From NCBI GenBank assembly GCA_024626585.2, contig JANKJI020000002.1, positions 41,692,995-41,717,233 of the forward strand: DNA of 24,239 nucleotides. Direction: 5' to 3'. This document shows, in pieces, positions 22,690 through 24,239 of the stretch. Each line of letters starts with the position of its first letter. Position 1 is the first letter of the stretch. The position numbers and the translations under genes were made by a program. This stretch comes from Ginkgo biloba. Its lineage: Eukaryota; Plantae; Ginkgophyta. The notes beneath the pieces were generated by a model, which saw nothing but the letters and a program-made list of their open reading frames with translations, was not told the DNA's origin and ran no database searches.

Positions 22690-22851
22690 GTTTCATATGT
22701 TCTAGACACAGAAGATTTTTTGTTTCGTAGGAATAAGAAAAAGCAGAGAATTTCTGCAGAGAACAAATCTGGAAGTCATGATGATGTGACTTCTCATTGT
22801 TATCTTGATAAGCGGGCTTGCCGGTTTCATAGATGGGTTGAGGACTCTTGA
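22690..22851 (+). CDS. SNL: SIN3-like last coding exon
   Basis: Encodes VSYVLDTEDFLFRR...RFHRWVEDS*, with TGA at 22849-22851. Confidence 0.9.
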   Translation, partial: VSYVLDTEDFLFRRNKKKQRISAENKSGSHDDVTSHCYLDKRACRFHRWVEDS

Positions 22852-24239
22852 TTGGGCTGTGGCAGGGAAAGGTACATTTCTGTTTCTTCTCCAGATTCAG
22901 AGATTTTTATTTTTAAATTATGAGAATCTNNNNNNNNNNNNNNNNNNNNNNNNNNNNNNNNNNNNNNNNNNNNNNNNNNNNNNNNNNNNNNNNNNNNNNN
23001 NNNNNNNNNNNNNNNNNNNNNNNNNNNNNNNNNNNNNNNNNNNNNNNNNNNNNNNNNNNNNNNNNNNNNNNNNNNNNNNNNNNNNNNNNNNNNNNNNNNN
23101 NNNNNNNNNNNNNNNNNNNNNNNNNNNNNNNNNNNNNNNNNNNNNNNNNNNNNNNNNNNNNNNNNNNNNNNNNNNNNNNNNNNNNNNNNNNNNNNNNNNN
23201 NNNNNNNNNNNNNNNNNNCGAGAGAAGTGGTGGGTCCATGCTTGTAAGGGTAACCACAATTAGGTGCAAAGTACAAGCAAGATATTATAGTAGAATTTGG
23301 AACTAGTGGCTGACCACTGAAGTGTATGTTCAAACTAAATGCCTCTTCCTCATTTGGCGCCTCCCCCGTTTCCTTTCATTTTCACTGTCAGACTTAACAT
23401 ACCAATGGGTACTCTGCTGATTAGAGCCACTGGCTATCGAATATTGTTGCAGTAAATTTAGATCGTATATCAAAGGTGTGTTCCTTCGCCAATTTATTCC
23501 TAACTTAAAGAAGTTTCTTTGCACCAGCATGATCAGCTTGCAATTTCATCCCGTTCCCCTGATCTGAATCCATACAAGCCAAAGTGTTGTGAACCTGTTC
23601 CTTGTATCGTATCAGATCATTTGCAATAGTTTTGAGAAATACTATGAATCACACTGCAAGTAATACTACCCTCTCTCCATTCACTGGATTTCTTTTGTAC
23701 CTCCGGCATGAATATTTGTGGCTTAAGGTTGAACCAAGTTGATTGCTCAAGTTTTGAGGTTGCAGGCTAGTGAACCAATAGTTCACCTGGTTGATTGGGG
23801 GCATCTGCTGGATAGCTTGGAACATCTTTGTTTTGATGAAGTTGATTACTGTCAGGAAAACAGCCAAATGGCTGTCGTTTTTGTGCCTCGTCTTCCTCAT
23901 TGTTTGAGAGAGCAGGTCTTTGAGTAGGGTTCGGTTATCCCTACCTGGACACCTTAATGATCATTTTTAGTTTTACCAAAAGGACCTGTAATGAGTTCTA
24001 ATGTGATAGGACATTGAAGATTCAATCTCTCTTTGGAAAAGTAGGTTGGGAAGAATTTTGGGTTTTGATAGATATCCAATGCTCCTACTCACCCATTCTT
24101 ACCCAAATGTTTTCCGCATTTAATGTAGGAGCCTAAATAGGCTATGAGGTTTGCATCCTCAACTTTTGTTTGAGTTGAAGCCATTGCAACAACCGTGGGC
24201 TTGAAATTGTCTGTGCATTCAGCTAAATGCTCACCATGA

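Larger units (their letters stand above)
11235..22851 (+). pseudogene. SNL: Disrupted SIN3-like (SNL) paired amphipathic helix co-repressor locus
   Basis: Spliced exons encode PAH1, PAH2, PAH3, the start of the HID and the Sin3 C-terminal domain in the canonical order. In-frame stops lie at 13206, 13508, 15451, 15608 and 20056, with several frameshifts. Most HID exons are not visible. Confidence 0.88.

Noticed and set aside
11235-22851. A fully functional full-length SIN3 restored by exon skipping
   Set aside because: I found no splice path that avoids the exon 5 stop while keeping PAH2 intact, and the HID start is itself degraded.
23649-23927. Short ORFs downstream of the SIN3-like stop
   Set aside because: No recognisable homology; likely 3' UTR or intergenic sequence.

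Overview
Eukaryotic (land-plant, plausibly gymnosperm) nuclear DNA from a gapped assembly; it is not prokaryotic. Positions ~1-8.9 kb are AT-rich, CpG-depleted transposon debris: two Ty3/gypsy gag remnants, several diverged direct repeats and a small plastid atpA insertion (NUPT). Positions ~9.0-10.0 kb are a CpG-rich island with a perfect 48-bp tandem duplication and clustered hairpins. Positions 11235-22851 (+) hold a multi-exon SIN3-like (SNL, paired amphipathic helix co-repressor) locus that I reconstructed exon by exon from GT-AG sites. The locus cannot encode full-length SIN3. Its middle carries stops and frameshifts, and most of the HDAC-interaction domain (HID) is missing and replaced by ~4 kb of LINE/LTR debris. 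The damage is uneven. The PAH1+PAH2 exons at the 5' end give a clean 206-aa spliced ORF. The Sin3 C-terminal exons give a clean 562-aa spliced ORF with all splice sites intact. The best lead is therefore a possible gene fission or HID-less SIN3 derivative; a young pseudogene or partial gene conversion is the null explanation. All homology calls come from my recall of family motifs, not from database searches.
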